A stretch of 64,000 bases of DNA from Arenicellales bacterium (lineage in GTDB: Bacteria > Pseudomonadota > Gammaproteobacteria > Arenicellales > Poriferihabitantaceae), in assembly GCA_965200715.1 (NCBI GenBank), contig OZ241374.1, positions 467,972 through 531,971 on the forward strand, in the 5' to 3' direction. Positions 1 to 13,289 of the stretch are shown here, in pieces (within the stretch, counting starts at the first letter, position 1; the number at the start of each line of letters is the position of its first letter). The translations under genes and the position numbers were made by a program. Below the pieces are notes generated by a model. That model made no database searches. It saw nothing but the letters and a program-made list of their open reading frames with translations, and was not told the DNA's origin.

Positions 1-2138
1 AGGCGATCCAATTGGATTGCACAGCCTGGAGGAAGCAACGGGAAGTCTGATTCGATAGCTCGTTTGATATGATGTCGAGTGTTACTCCCTCCCAATAACG
101 CTCGATAGCGTACATCGTAGCGGTATTTCTCATGCGCATGACCAACAAAGTCAAGCACTGTCAGTACCCGCTTACCCTTAGACCATCGCAAACCTCGACC
201 CAGTTGCTGCAGAAAAATCGTCGCACTTTCGGTCGGTCGTAACATCAACAGCGTGTCGATTTCAGGAAGGTCAAACCCTTCGTTAAACAAGTCAACAGCA
301 AAGAGAATTTGTAGTTTTCCATTGCGAAATTTATTCAGTGTTTTGCTTCGTTTCTTGGATGGGCTAGTTCCATCAAGTGCTGCAGATCGCAAGCCAAACT
401 GATTGAATTTGTCAGCCATGAAATGAGCGTGTTCAACACTTGCACAAAAACCGAGGGCAGTCATCTTGTCTGGGTTTGTTATATATCTTCTTATTGCATC
501 TCGAATACGGACCGCTCGAACATCGTCGCCGGTAAATACTCTACTGAGTTCATTAACGGCATATCCGCCTTTGGTAAACGTTACTTGAGAAAGATCAGTT
601 TGATCATTGATGCCAAAATAATGGAATGGGCAAAGCAGGCCCTGGTCCAGAGCGTCCCACAACCTGATTTCTGTGGCAATTCGATTATCAAACCATTCCA
701 GAATTGATTTACCATCGGCACGTTCGGGCGTAGCAGTTAGCCCGAGCAGAAATTTGGGCTGCAAATGTGATAATAGCTTTTCATAAGTTGTTGCCGCTGC
801 GTGATGAAATTCATCCACAATGAGCACATCAAATTCATCGGGTTTGATTGTGTAAATGCGATTTGTGAGCGACTGAATAGAGGCAAAAACATGTTGTCCG
901 ACACTTGGTTGTTCGCCACCAACCAACAACTCTCCGAAATCTAGTTTGTTTAACACGATTTGAAATACATGTTGGCTCTGTTCGAGTATTTCTCTGCGAT
1001 GTGCAACAAAAAGAAGGGTCAAACCCTTATTTGAATTTTCTGTCAATCTCTTAAAATCGAATCCTGCAATAAACGTTTTGCCAACTCCAGTTGCAGCGAC
1101 AATAAGATTTCGATTATGTCCACGATCGCGCTCTGATTGAAGAGCTTCCAAAGCGATAGATTGATGTGGTTTTGGGCTGATATCTAGACTTGTCAAAAAT
1201 TTCAGTTGATTTCTAGCTCTTGAGCCATCTCCTTGTTTTGATAATGCTTGGTCTAGTTTCTTTCGATCACGTTCAGGAGAGTATTCTTCGAATTCAGGCT
1301 CTTGCCAGTATTGCTCGAATGTTTGTTTGAAATGGCCGATTACGTCAGGGTTATCGATAGCACTCACCTTTACATTCCATTCAAGTCCTTCAATTTGAGC
1401 AGTATGGGTGAGATTTGAAGATCCAATATAAGCAGTGTGCAAACCACTGTCTCGACTGAACAGCCAAGCTTTTGCATGTAGCCGAGTACGACTCACATCG
1501 TAAGAGACCTTCACTTCTGCACCGATCTCAATCAGTTCATCCAAAGCGCGTCGCTCGGTTGAACCAGTATAGACGCTGGTAATTACACGCAATCGAGCTC
1601 CTCCCTGCACACGCTTCTCAAGTTCGTCACGAAAGAGCCGCAAACCAGAGTGTCGAACAAACGCACATAACAGATTGATCTGATCTGCACTGGGAATTTC
1701 ACTGCGAAGTTCATGTGCAATTTGAGGTTCGCGTGTTCCATTAACTAGCAAGCTTGTGCGACGCATGGACAAAGTTGGCCGTGTAGTCGCCTGGTTATTC
1801 ACGAATCCGGAGCCTTGTAAAACCTGAAATAATAAATTTTTCGGGTCTGTAATAATTTCGTTCTCTTCTACACGGTTATGACTGATTAGTACCTTGAAGA
1901 GTTGATTGATCAGGTTGACCTGATTTGTAATTCGTTCGTTGTCGTCTTGACCCGGGATAGTATCGAGAGAATCTCGAAGTGAATCGTACAAATGTCGAGC
2001 CAATAGTTCAGGGAGAAGAGCAGGATCCGTTTTTTCATAACGAATTTCCCAACCTTGGTCTTCGAGGTTTTTGATCTGCTCCTGAAGAGCAACTGTGAGT
2101 AAGTTTTCGTAAAGTCCAGGTTTCAGTGCACGCGACAT
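1..2138 (-). CDS. PLD/HKD-nuclease domain fused to a superfamily-2 DEAD/DEAH (ResIII-type) helicase. The 3' end runs off the window (partial).
   Basis: Absent from the supplied ORF track because there is no stop inside the window. Manual translation of the minus strand from the ATG at 2138-2136 gives MSRALKPGLYENLLTVALQEQIKNLEDQGWEIRYEK..., and the frame stays open to position 1. Motifs seen: HKD motif RLHAKAWLFSRDSGLHTAYIGSSNLT, helicase motif I AATGVGKT, motif II VDEFHH, motif III TATPER, motif VI QQLGRGLR. Confidence 0.85.
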   Translation of the reverse strand, partial: MSRALKPGLYENLLTVALQEQIKNLEDQGWEIRYEKTDPALLPELLARHLYDSLRDSLDTIPGQDDNERITNQVNLINQLFKVLISHNRVEENEIITDPKNLLFQVLQGSGFVNNQATTRPTLSMRRTSLLVNGTREPQIAHELRSEIPSADQINLLCAFVRHSGLRLFRDELEKRVQGGARLRVITSVYTGSTERRALDELIEIGAEVKVSYDVSRTRLHAKAWLFSRDSGLHTAYIGSSNLTHTAQIEGLEWNVKVSAIDNPDVIGHFKQTFEQYWQEPEFEEYSPERDRKKLDQALSKQGDGSRARNQLKFLTSLDISPKPHQSIALEALQSERDRGHNRNLIVAATGVGKTFIAGFDFKRLTENSNKGLTLLFVAHRREILEQSQHVFQIVLNKLDFGELLVGGEQPSVGQHVFASIQSLTNRIYTIKPDEFDVLIVDEFHHAAATTYEKLLSHLQPKFLLGLTATPERADGKSILEWFDNRIATEIRLWDALDQGLLCPFHYFGINDQTDLSQVTFTKGGYAVNELSRVFTGDDVRAVRIRDAIRRYITNPDKMTALGFCASVEHAHFMADKFNQFGLRSAALDGTSPSKKRSKTLNKFRNGKLQILFAVDLFNEGFDLPEIDTLLMLRPTESATIFLQQLGRGLRWSKGKRVLTVLDFVGHAHEKYRYDVRYRALLGGSNTRHHIKRAIESDFPLLPPGCAIQLDR

Positions 2139-2257
2139 GTCCGTTTCATCTACTTATTTTCCGTTCTCATCCGTATCCAAACGAAAAACATGGATGCGTA
2201 ATTCAATAGACAATTGGATTCAGGCTATCAATACAACAAGAAGTCAATTGCTAAAAA

Positions 2258-2542
2258 TCAAGATGGTTTAACAGTTTGCTGAGTATTCCAAGCCTCTGGT
2301 AATTCAATTCCATCACCGAACAGATAGGCCTCCATTTGTTCAATCAAGTACTTTTTGTGCTCTCGGTCCCGAGGATTTAGTTTGTATTCGTTGATTAAAA
2401 TAGTCTGCTGTCCAAGCCAGTCTTGCCATGCTTTCTTAGAGATTTCTTCAAAGATGCGCTGTCCCAACTCACCTGGCCAAGTTGGTTGTTCCAATCCTTC
2501 AGCCTCTTTGCCAAGCTTTTTGCAGTTTACTATTCGAGTCAT
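2258..2542 (-). CDS. yggX: Fe(2+)-trafficking protein YggX
   Basis: 94 aa from the internal ATG (M6 of the track ORF). MTRIVNCKKLGKEAEGLEQPTWPGELGQRIFEEISKKAWQDWLGQQTILINEYKLN follows the YggX pattern (EAEG..PGELG.RI..EISK.AW..W...QT.LINE.KLN). Confidence 0.9.
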   Translation of the reverse strand: MTRIVNCKKLGKEAEGLEQPTWPGELGQRIFEEISKKAWQDWLGQQTILINEYKLNPRDREHKKYLIEQMEAYLFGDGIELPEAWNTQQTVKPS

Positions 2543-2698
2543 AATTACACTTATCATTGATCATTCTTGGGTATATTATGGCATGATTCAGTGTCTCAGA
2601 TATTGAATTAATCGGAGTGAGTCTCGATTCGTATTGAACCACATCAGCTCATTCATTTCATCGCCATCAACCTGTACCAAAATCAGATTTGAACATGA

Positions 2699-3994
<1,296 letters not shown>

Positions 3995-4195
3995 TACATT
4001 GTTTATGTGTTAACGCTTAGTGCAAATTCTTGTGAACAGTATCCCAAATCTTTCCACCGAAAAGTGCTTCACAGATGAATTTAGCCAATAATTGATAACC
4101 AAGCACATCGAATTGCAGAGACAGAAACGTTGGATTTATGCAGTGAGCTGATCCAATTTTAGTAAAGTAAAGATTACTAGTTAACCAGCGAAAAG

Positions 4196-4689
4196 ATGAA
4201 AATCGACGTAACACAACTAGGTGTAATTGGTAAGGCCGAATTCACACTTGCTGATTTAACTATTATTTGTGGTGAAAATAATACTGGAAAAACATATGCA
4301 ACATATGCATTGTATGGTTTTTTGGATTCTTGGCAAAAATATTTATCAATGAGGATATCTGATCAAGAGATTGCTGTCCTGTTAAATGCAGGAATTACAA
4401 AAATAGATATATAGAATTGAAATGGAGAAAAGACAAATGGAACAAGATTGTTAACCAACTAAGAAGAGCACATTGCCTAGTCCGATATTGTCAGAATATT
4501 GGCAAGGAATTTTGGAGTAAGGCAGATTTTCTTGGTGGTTATGGTCATCGCTACATCAGTATTGGGCAGATCAGTATCGCAAAAAGACCGACTCGAATCA
4601 CGAAAGCTTTTAAATCGAATGATTCTCCTGAAAAAGCGATAAAGATTAACAGGACGCGCGTTATTCAGTTTGACCAAATTGCTGAATAG
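4196..4689 (+). pseudogene. Remnant of a P-loop (AAA_15/AAA_21-like) ATPase gene. Only the N-terminal Walker A part is intact.
   Basis: The 72-aa ORF MKIDVTQLGVIGKAEFTLADLTIICGENNTGKTYATYALYGF has the N-terminal beta-strand plus GxxxxGKT layout of SMC/OLD-like ATPases, then hits a stop at 4412-4414. The next ORF (4417-4689) is in another frame with no recognisable ATPase motifs. No Walker B or signature region follows. Confidence 0.55.
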
Positions 4690-5176
4690 ACCAAAGCATA
4701 TTATCAGTCTTCCTTTCTGGAAATGAGTGACTGAGAAAAGAACCCCATTGCCCTTTATTTTATTTCCTCAGCATCGTGTTCATTTACATCTGATGAGAGT
4801 TATGGGTATATTGTTATAATTCCTGCTCTCAAATCTGACAGAACTACAATCAAACACAAAATTGAAAATTTCTCATTGTACAAAATAGCTCCCATCACTT
4901 GCTAAACATTCGTTATGCTCAGACATTTTCTGTAATGTTCTGATAGGTACGAAAATAGTCAATGTTAGCTATCCTTTGTATGAGCTATGCTCATAACGGT
5001 ATAGCGAGTATGAAGATGTAAAAAATCGGGTTTTATTACAATTCTCAGGCATATACGTGCCAAAATCTTTTCATTCGGCATATTCATATATTTCAGTCAA
5101 GTTGCTATAGCATATAATATCAACAGTTTAATGGACAATTATCGGTTTTCTGGCAAACACGAATTAATCTTGAAAA

Positions 5177-7573
5177 ATGTTAACGTATTTCAATTATCAC
5201 CAAGGCGACTTCTACGCAAGTCTGGATGAACTTCTCAAGAGAGGGAAACAGAAAGATCATAATGTAGACGAAGTCGTAGGGTCCATTATTTCCAAAGTTC
5301 GATCTGAAGGTGACCGAGCCTTGCTTAACTTCACACGAAAATTTGACAATCGGAAAATGGAGATTGAGGATCTGCAATTATCTGATCGTCAAATTGAGAG
5401 TATTGCTCATCAAATCGACCCCGAATTGAAACAGGCACTCAAAGTTGCTGCCGAAAGAATAAGATGGTTTCATGAGAAGGAGCAACTGGCATCTTGGGAA
5501 TGTATGGATGAAGATGACTCGCTGCTAGGACAATCGATCTCAGCTGTTGATCGAGTCGGTGTATATGTGCCCGGTGGAACTGCTGCTTATCCGTCTTCGG
5601 TTCTTATGACCGTAATTCCTGCAAAAGTCGCGGGAGTTTCTGAAATAGTTATGGTTGTGCCTATGCCGAAAGGTGAAGTTAATCCTGTAGTCATAGCCGC
5701 AGCCCAGATTGCTGGTGTGGACCGCATCTTTACTGTTGGAGGGGCCCAAGCAATCGCAGCACTGACTTATGGAACAAAGAGTATTCCTGCAGTTGATAAG
5801 ATTGTAGGTCCGGGAAATGCGTATGTGGCCGCCGCGAAGAAACAGGTTTTTGGAAAGGTAGGGATTGATATGATAGCAGGTCCCTCTGAAGTTCTTGTCA
5901 TCGCAGATTCCTCAGCAGACCCCGAGTGGGTGGTCATGGATATGTTTGCCCAAGCCGAACATGATGAGATGGCTCAATCCATTGCTATTGTGACCGACCC
6001 GAAACTCGTTGAAGCAATTTCTTTCGCTATTGATCAGTTACTCCCTAGCATGGAACGCCAAAAAATTATTGCGGCATCCTTGACCCAGAATGGAGCTTTG
6101 ATTCAAGTCGAAGACCTTACTCAGGCAATCGAAGTTGCCAATCACATTGCGCCCGAACATTTAGAATTGATGGTCTCGAATTCAGAGGATGTAGTACCAA
6201 AAATACGTCATGCGGGTGCTATTTTCGTTGGAAAAAACAGTGCCGAGGTCTTGGGTGATTATTGTGCTGGACCAAATCATGTCTTGCCGACATCTGGAAC
6301 TGCTAGATTCAGTTCCCCGCTAGGAGTTTATGATTTCCAGAAGCGAAGTAGCATTATCAATCTTTCACCGGATGGATCCAGAAAGCTTTCACGAATTGCG
6401 GCAACTCTTGCTCGCAGTGAAGGCTTGACTGCCCATGGGCGCTCTGCTGAATATCGAATGAAAGTTGAAACAACCCCCACTTCATCCATAAATGACCTTT
6501 CAAAACAGTGTATACAGCGCTGGGTTCCGGATCAGATTCGATCAATGTCTGAATACAGGGTGTCGGATTCAGTGGGAATGGTGAAGCTAGATGCCATGGA
6601 GAATCCATATTCACTTCCAAAATCATTGATTAATGAATGGATAGGGGCACTTAATCAGGTCTCCATCAACCGATATCCAGATGCCGAATGCCGAGTGCTC
6701 AAAGAACGTTTATCCAAATATATTGGCCTACCCGAAACATGCTCATTGGTGTTAGGGAACGGATCGGATGAATTGATCCAGATGCTGGTTATGATGCTAG
6801 GTGGCAGAGGCCGGACGATCATTGCGCCATCGCCTTCATTTTCAATGTACCGGCAAATTTGCTGGCACACCTCTACCCGTTTTATCGGGGTGCCATTAGG
6901 GAAAGACTTTTCTTTGGATGGTGAGGCAATGATTCGCGCGATCCGGCATTACAATCCAGCTTGTATCTTTATCGCATACCCTAATAATCCAACAGGCAAC
7001 TTATTTGATAAAAATTTAATTCAGGAGATTCTGGATGTTGCAAATGGACTGGTAGTTATTGATGAGGCCTATCATGCTTTCAGTGAGAGTTCCTATTTGA
7101 AAGAGGTTGTCAGTCGTCCAAATCTAATTGTCATGCGTACCCTCAGTAAGGCTGGTTTAGCGGGCCTCAGACTGGGCATGGCTATAGCGAATAAAGAGTG
7201 GGGAAAGGAAATCAGCAAAGTTCGATTTCCATACAACATCAATTCACTAACACAATTGAGTGCATCAGTGATTTTGGATAATGCGGATCTATTGAAGGAA
7301 CAGACCGACTCGATCATCCAAGAAAGAAAGAAACAGTTCTTGGCACTTCAGGCTATTGATGGAGTGACGGTCTTTCCGAGTGCGACTAATTTCCACCTAT
7401 TTCGAGTCTTGGATGCTGAGCGAATTTATCGTGAACTTTTGAATCATGGTATTTTGATCAAGAATCTGCATGGTACCGATGATCAGTTAGAGCAGTGTTT
7501 GCGAGTAACAGTCGGTAGGCCTGAGGAAAATGAGCAATTTCTGACTATACTGAAAAAATTACTCACTTCTTGA
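5177..7573 (+). CDS. hisD: Bifunctional histidinol dehydrogenase / histidinol-phosphate aminotransferase (in-frame HisD-HisC fusion)
   Basis: Single 798-aa ORF. Residues 1-428 are HisD-like ([41 protein letters not shown], ending [12 protein letters not shown]). Residues from about 449 are HisC-like ([36 protein letters not shown]). There is no stop between them. An in-frame ATG at 6545 could also start HisC alone. Confidence 0.9.
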   Translation: MLTYFNYHQGDFYASLDELLKRGKQKDHNVDEVVGSIISKVRSEGDRALLNFTRKFDNRKMEIEDLQLSDRQIESIAHQIDPELKQALKVAAERIRWFHEKEQLASWECMDEDDSLLGQSISAVDRVGVYVPGGTAAYPSSVLMTVIPAKVAGVSEIVMVVPMPKGEVNPVVIAAAQIAGVDRIFTVGGAQAIAALTYGTKSIPAVDKIVGPGNAYVAAAKKQVFGKVGIDMIAGPSEVLVIADSSADPEWVVMDMFAQAEHDEMAQSIAIVTDPKLVEAISFAIDQLLPSMERQKIIAASLTQNGALIQVEDLTQAIEVANHIAPEHLELMVSNSEDVVPKIRHAGAIFVGKNSAEVLGDYCAGPNHVLPTSGTARFSSPLGVYDFQKRSSIINLSPDGSRKLSRIAATLARSEGLTAHGRSAEYRMKVETTPTSSINDLSKQCIQRWVPDQIRSMSEYRVSDSVGMVKLDAMENPYSLPKSLINEWIGALNQVSINRYPDAECRVLKERLSKYIGLPETCSLVLGNGSDELIQMLVMMLGGRGRTIIAPSPSFSMYRQICWHTSTRFIGVPLGKDFSLDGEAMIRAIRHYNPACIFIAYPNNPTGNLFDKNLIQEILDVANGLVVIDEAYHAFSESSYLKEVVSRPNLIVMRTLSKAGLAGLRLGMAIANKEWGKEISKVRFPYNINSLTQLSASVILDNADLLKEQTDSIIQERKKQFLALQAIDGVTVFPSATNFHLFRVLDAERIYRELLNHGILIKNLHGTDDQLEQCLRVTVGRPEENEQFLTILKKLLTS

Positions 7574-7751
7574 ACTACAACCACTCACGTTTTCTTGTTT
7601 TAGGATAGTCCTACTATGAGTGCTGAAGTACCATACTGCCTACCGTTCCACTGACAAATGAGAACGTCCAAAAGGTTATGAGAGTAGTTAAAACCATTAG
7701 TTTGCTGATGAGATTCGATCATCTAACTGAAAAAAGCAAGCACTGGATGTA

Positions 7752-8558
7752 TTGCTACCATTACCAAATACCCTTATTCGGAATTTGGACGACTGGTTTA
7801 GGGTAGAACTAAGCTACACCAGTAACGCAATTGAAGGAAATACGCTCAATCGCAAGCAAGCGGCATTAGTCCTTGAAAAGGGGATTACGATAGGTGGTAA
7901 ATTACCCATAGAACATCTAGCAGCATCCAACCACGCTCAGGCACTTGACTGGATTAAAGAGCGGGTCAATCACAATCCTAATTATCCAATTCAAAATGAC
8001 ATTTTGGATATTCATGCGATTGTTATAAAAGGAATTGACGATATCCATGCTGGGCATTATCGCTCAGTACCCATCCAAATTTTCAGTCCAACTGTAGTGT
8101 TGCCGAATCCCATGAAGGTTGTCGATGGCAACGGTCGTTGCGCAAGACTCCTGATGAATATGATGCTGCTGATGTCAGGATATCCTCCCGCCATCATTCG
8201 CAAACGAGATCGCTTAACCTATATCCAATCTTTGGAAAAAGCTCAACTTGGAAACTTGAAATACGATTATTTTACGATTATTGCCAAAGCAGTAGATCGA
8301 TCTCTAAATATCTATCTGTCAGCCGCAACCGGAGAAAACCCAACACCCGACAAAGAATATCGATTACTCAAAATTGGTGTGCTTACAAAACAGGGACTGC
8401 TGAATGTCTCTGAAATCACAGATTCAGGCTACCAATTGTATTCTTCGGAAATGGTTGAACGAATAGGGCAAATTTAGGCACTCAAAAAACAACGTTTCAC
8501 CCTCCATGAAATTTTGGAGAATATTTGCTCATCAGAACAAAAAAAATATGTAAATTGA
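7752..8558 (+). pseudogene. Decayed Fic/DOC-family gene with a MerR-like C-terminal HTH remnant
   Basis: Fic-family N-terminal region is present (SYTSNAIEGNTL...LVLEKGITIGGK...EHLAASNH, HAGHYRSV). The roughly 40 aa that normally carry the HPF of HPFxDGNGRxxR are missing in frame (…LPNPMKVVDGNGRCARLLMN…). The C-terminal MerR-like segment (LLKIG...GYQLYSSEMVERIGQI*ALKKQRFTLHEI) has an internal gap and an in-frame TAG at 8475-8477. The upstream 7616-7751 stretch carries stops. Confidence 0.7.
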
Positions 8559-8612
8559 TAGTGAAAATAGGTTCAAAGTCATTAAGTATGCTGACAATAA
8601 ATACATTTACAT

Positions 8613-9608
8613 TCAAGTAGTTGTCCGTGAAAAAGATTTCATTAAACTATTCCTTAGCTTATAACTTGAAAATTTATGGCTCCTAATTCCGTAAAGTTTT
8701 CGAGTCTCACGAACCACTATTTTTGTTTTCCCAGCAACAAAATCTCCTATCTGACGTACGCTCACTTTTTGAGTTGCTTTCGCCGCCAAGAGGCCAGTAG
8801 ATACACCAACCAATAGAGCTAGCCCTGCTGGCCCACCAAGTGCAGAGACTTGTGCAACAGCGACCATTGTCGCTCCTGAGGAAATCCCTCCTTTGACAGT
8901 GCCATCTAGCAATTCAGTATATTCGCCAGAGACGTGAGCCTTATGGAAGGCCTTGGCGAGAGACACAACCGTTACAATCATCAAGATGGGGTTCCCTCTC
9001 AAAGCAGGTATTAGCATCCCACCGACAATTTTGGAAAATTTTTCAGTCGTGCTTCGACTCCAGGCAAACGCGACAGCTATGGCGCCAATAAGACCTCCGA
9101 GTAGTTCAGAGGCATCGTAAGACATCATGTCAGAAAACCAGTCTTTGGGTATGTCAAAACTCGATTGCAAATAATTCGCTACTTGATCATAGGTCGACTT
9201 GTCCCAATTAGCCAACGGTAGTCCTTTTGCAGTAGTCAAATCCTTAAAGAGCCCCTCAAGAAGCCCCATCGCTTCTTGAATGATGGTGTCATCTGGAGAA
9301 GCTTCACGGACCGACTTAAAAGCACCAGAAAGGGTGTGCCCGCCATCAAACATTCTGTGGTTTCCGCCACCAATGAATGTCCGAAGATACTCCGCATCCA
9401 TTGCTTTGTCATAGATGCTTGCCCCAGAGCTTGTTATGCTGTTGAGCATTGAGTTCAAATCAGTCGACAGGACACTAGCCAAAGCCCCTTGGGTAACTGA
9501 CAACATAGAGATGAAGCTCGCAGATGTCGAATTGAACGCTCGATTGACCCAAGTCGAAGTGGTATCAGTTTTCTGATTAACAGTTTCTTTTAGTTTTTCA
9601 TATATCAT
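8613..9608 (-). CDS. Hypothetical protein: soluble N-terminal half plus glycine/alanine-rich multi-TM C-terminal half
   Basis: About 331 aa from the ATG at 9608 (the track ORF starts at a TTG at 9617). No motif I recognise. Hydrophobic G/A-rich segments: LLGGLIGAIAVAFAW, ILMIVTVVSLAKAF, GATMVAVAQVSALGGPAGLALLVGVSTGLLAA. Confidence 0.6.
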   Translation of the reverse strand: MIYEKLKETVNQKTDTTSTWVNRAFNSTSASFISMLSVTQGALASVLSTDLNSMLNSITSSGASIYDKAMDAEYLRTFIGGGNHRMFDGGHTLSGAFKSVREASPDDTIIQEAMGLLEGLFKDLTTAKGLPLANWDKSTYDQVANYLQSSFDIPKDWFSDMMSYDASELLGGLIGAIAVAFAWSRSTTEKFSKIVGGMLIPALRGNPILMIVTVVSLAKAFHKAHVSGEYTELLDGTVKGGISSGATMVAVAQVSALGGPAGLALLVGVSTGLLAAKATQKVSVRQIGDFVAGKTKIVVRETRKLYGIRSHKFSSYKLRNSLMKSFSRTTT

Positions 9609-9639
9609 ATTTATCAAAAGGTGTAATCACTTTAAATTT

Positions 9640-9676
9640 GTGTCTGGCAGAAAAACAGAGATTTTCTGCCAGACAC
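9640..9676 (-). terminator. Perfect 15-bp stem / 7-nt loop hairpin between tmcA and the hypothetical gene. Possible terminator or RNA-stability element.
   Basis: GTGTCTGGCAGAAAA (9640-9654), loop ACAGAGA, TTTTCTGCCAGACAC (9662-9676). No clean trailing T-tract on either strand. Confidence 0.35.
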
Positions 9677-9751
9677 TTCTTAATAACTATGCACAGTTCA
9701 TCGATATCTGCATCCAGTTGTGACATTCGGACCGAAAAAATGTTGAGATGG

Positions 9752-12129
<2,378 letters not shown>

Positions 12130-12609
12130 TCAGGAGAATTTATTTATTACAGCTCTGAGGACGGCAGAATCGACAAAAGGACTGATATCTCCACCATATT
12201 TTGCAATCTCTTTGACTAGGCTGGCTGATACGAATGTATTTTGCTCAGATGGGGTCAAAAATACGGTTTCGATTGATTTTGCGAGTTTTCGATTCATGGA
12301 CGCAAGTTGAAACTCATATTCAAAGTCAGAGACAGCTCGTAGTCCTCGGATAATGATCTGAGCCTGGCATTCCTGAGCGAAATCAATCAACAAACCAGAA
12401 AACCCCTGAATCTCGATGCCATCTGATTTCCTAAGCACTTGCTTAACAAGGTCAACTCTTTCATCTAGAGAAAATAAGGGATATTTTTCGGGATTATCGG
12501 CAATTGCGACAATCACCCGATCAAACATTTTGCAGGCACGGTAAATGACTTCACAATGCCCGTTTGTTAAAGGATCAAAAGTTCCCGGATAGATGGCAGT
12601 TCTGCTCAT
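12130..12609 (-). CDS. coaD: Phosphopantetheine adenylyltransferase
   Basis: 159 aa. AIYPGTFDPLTNGH nucleotidyltransferase motif, with typical length and C-terminus. Confidence 0.95.
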   Translation of the reverse strand: MSRTAIYPGTFDPLTNGHCEVIYRACKMFDRVIVAIADNPEKYPLFSLDERVDLVKQVLRKSDGIEIQGFSGLLIDFAQECQAQIIIRGLRAVSDFEYEFQLASMNRKLAKSIETVFLTPSEQNTFVSASLVKEIAKYGGDISPFVDSAVLRAVINKFS

Positions 12610-13178
12610 TGGGTTCGTAAGTTATTTTTAAGCAAAATTGAGGCTGAATTCCCTCGTTGCATATGGTGAATGATTGACCAGTCTTCAGGCAAAGATACGA
12701 GTGGTTGGCCCGATTGATATTCGACATATATGAGAGCTGCTTCACAGAGGCTGTTTTGTCTTATCAGAGTATCAAATGTTAACGGAAGTATAGTTTTCTT
12801 GAATGGTGGATCAAGGAATACGATATCATACTGTATCTCGGTCTGTTCCAGATAACGTATGGCATCTTGATGATGAATAACTACCGTTTGTCCAGTTTGA
12901 ATTGCTTGACTGTTTTTGATGATTGCACGGATTACGATCGGGTGAGTTTCCACTAGATCAACTCGAGAGGCACCGCGTGAAGCTGCCTCAAAGCCCAGCG
13001 AACCACTTCCTGCAAACAAATCCAGACAAAAACTTCCTGCTATTTTGGGGCTGAGCCAGTTGAATAGGGTTTCACGGCTTGCATCCGGTGATGGTCGCAG
13101 GCTTGGCAGGGATGGAAAATGCAATTTACGTCGCTTCCATTTTCCTCCGATAATTCGAACGTTGCCTGTATCAGTCAC
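12606..13178 (-). CDS. rsmD: 16S rRNA (guanine966-N2)-methyltransferase RsmD
   Basis: 190 aa. LDLFAGSGSLGFEAASRGA SAM motif and the DPPF motif. 4-bp overlap with coaD. Divergent from ftsY, as in many gammaproteobacteria. Confidence 0.9.
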   Translation of the reverse strand: MTDTGNVRIIGGKWKRRKLHFPSLPSLRPSPDASRETLFNWLSPKIAGSFCLDLFAGSGSLGFEAASRGASRVDLVETHPIVIRAIIKNSQAIQTGQTVVIHHQDAIRYLEQTEIQYDIVFLDPPFKKTILPLTFDTLIRQNSLCEAALIYVEYQSGQPLVSLPEDWSIIHHMQRGNSASILLKNNLRTQ

Positions 13179-13289
13179 GCGAAGGTTTCTACATCATGAA
13201 ATATGGAATACTCGGACAAATGATACCATATAGAATGAGTGAGCCTGCTGGTTTGCTTTTTTATTCGAACGCAACCTTATGGTGTAATC

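Noticed and set aside
4017-4214. 65-aa minus-strand ORF downstream of murA.
   Set aside because: It has no motif or RBS, and it overlaps the start of the ATPase relic. It is probably chance in AT-rich DNA.
8138-8413. 91-aa alternative-frame ORF within the Fic relic.
   Set aside because: It is out of frame with the recognisable Fic sequence, and its Arg/Ser-rich composition marks it as a by-product of the decayed gene.
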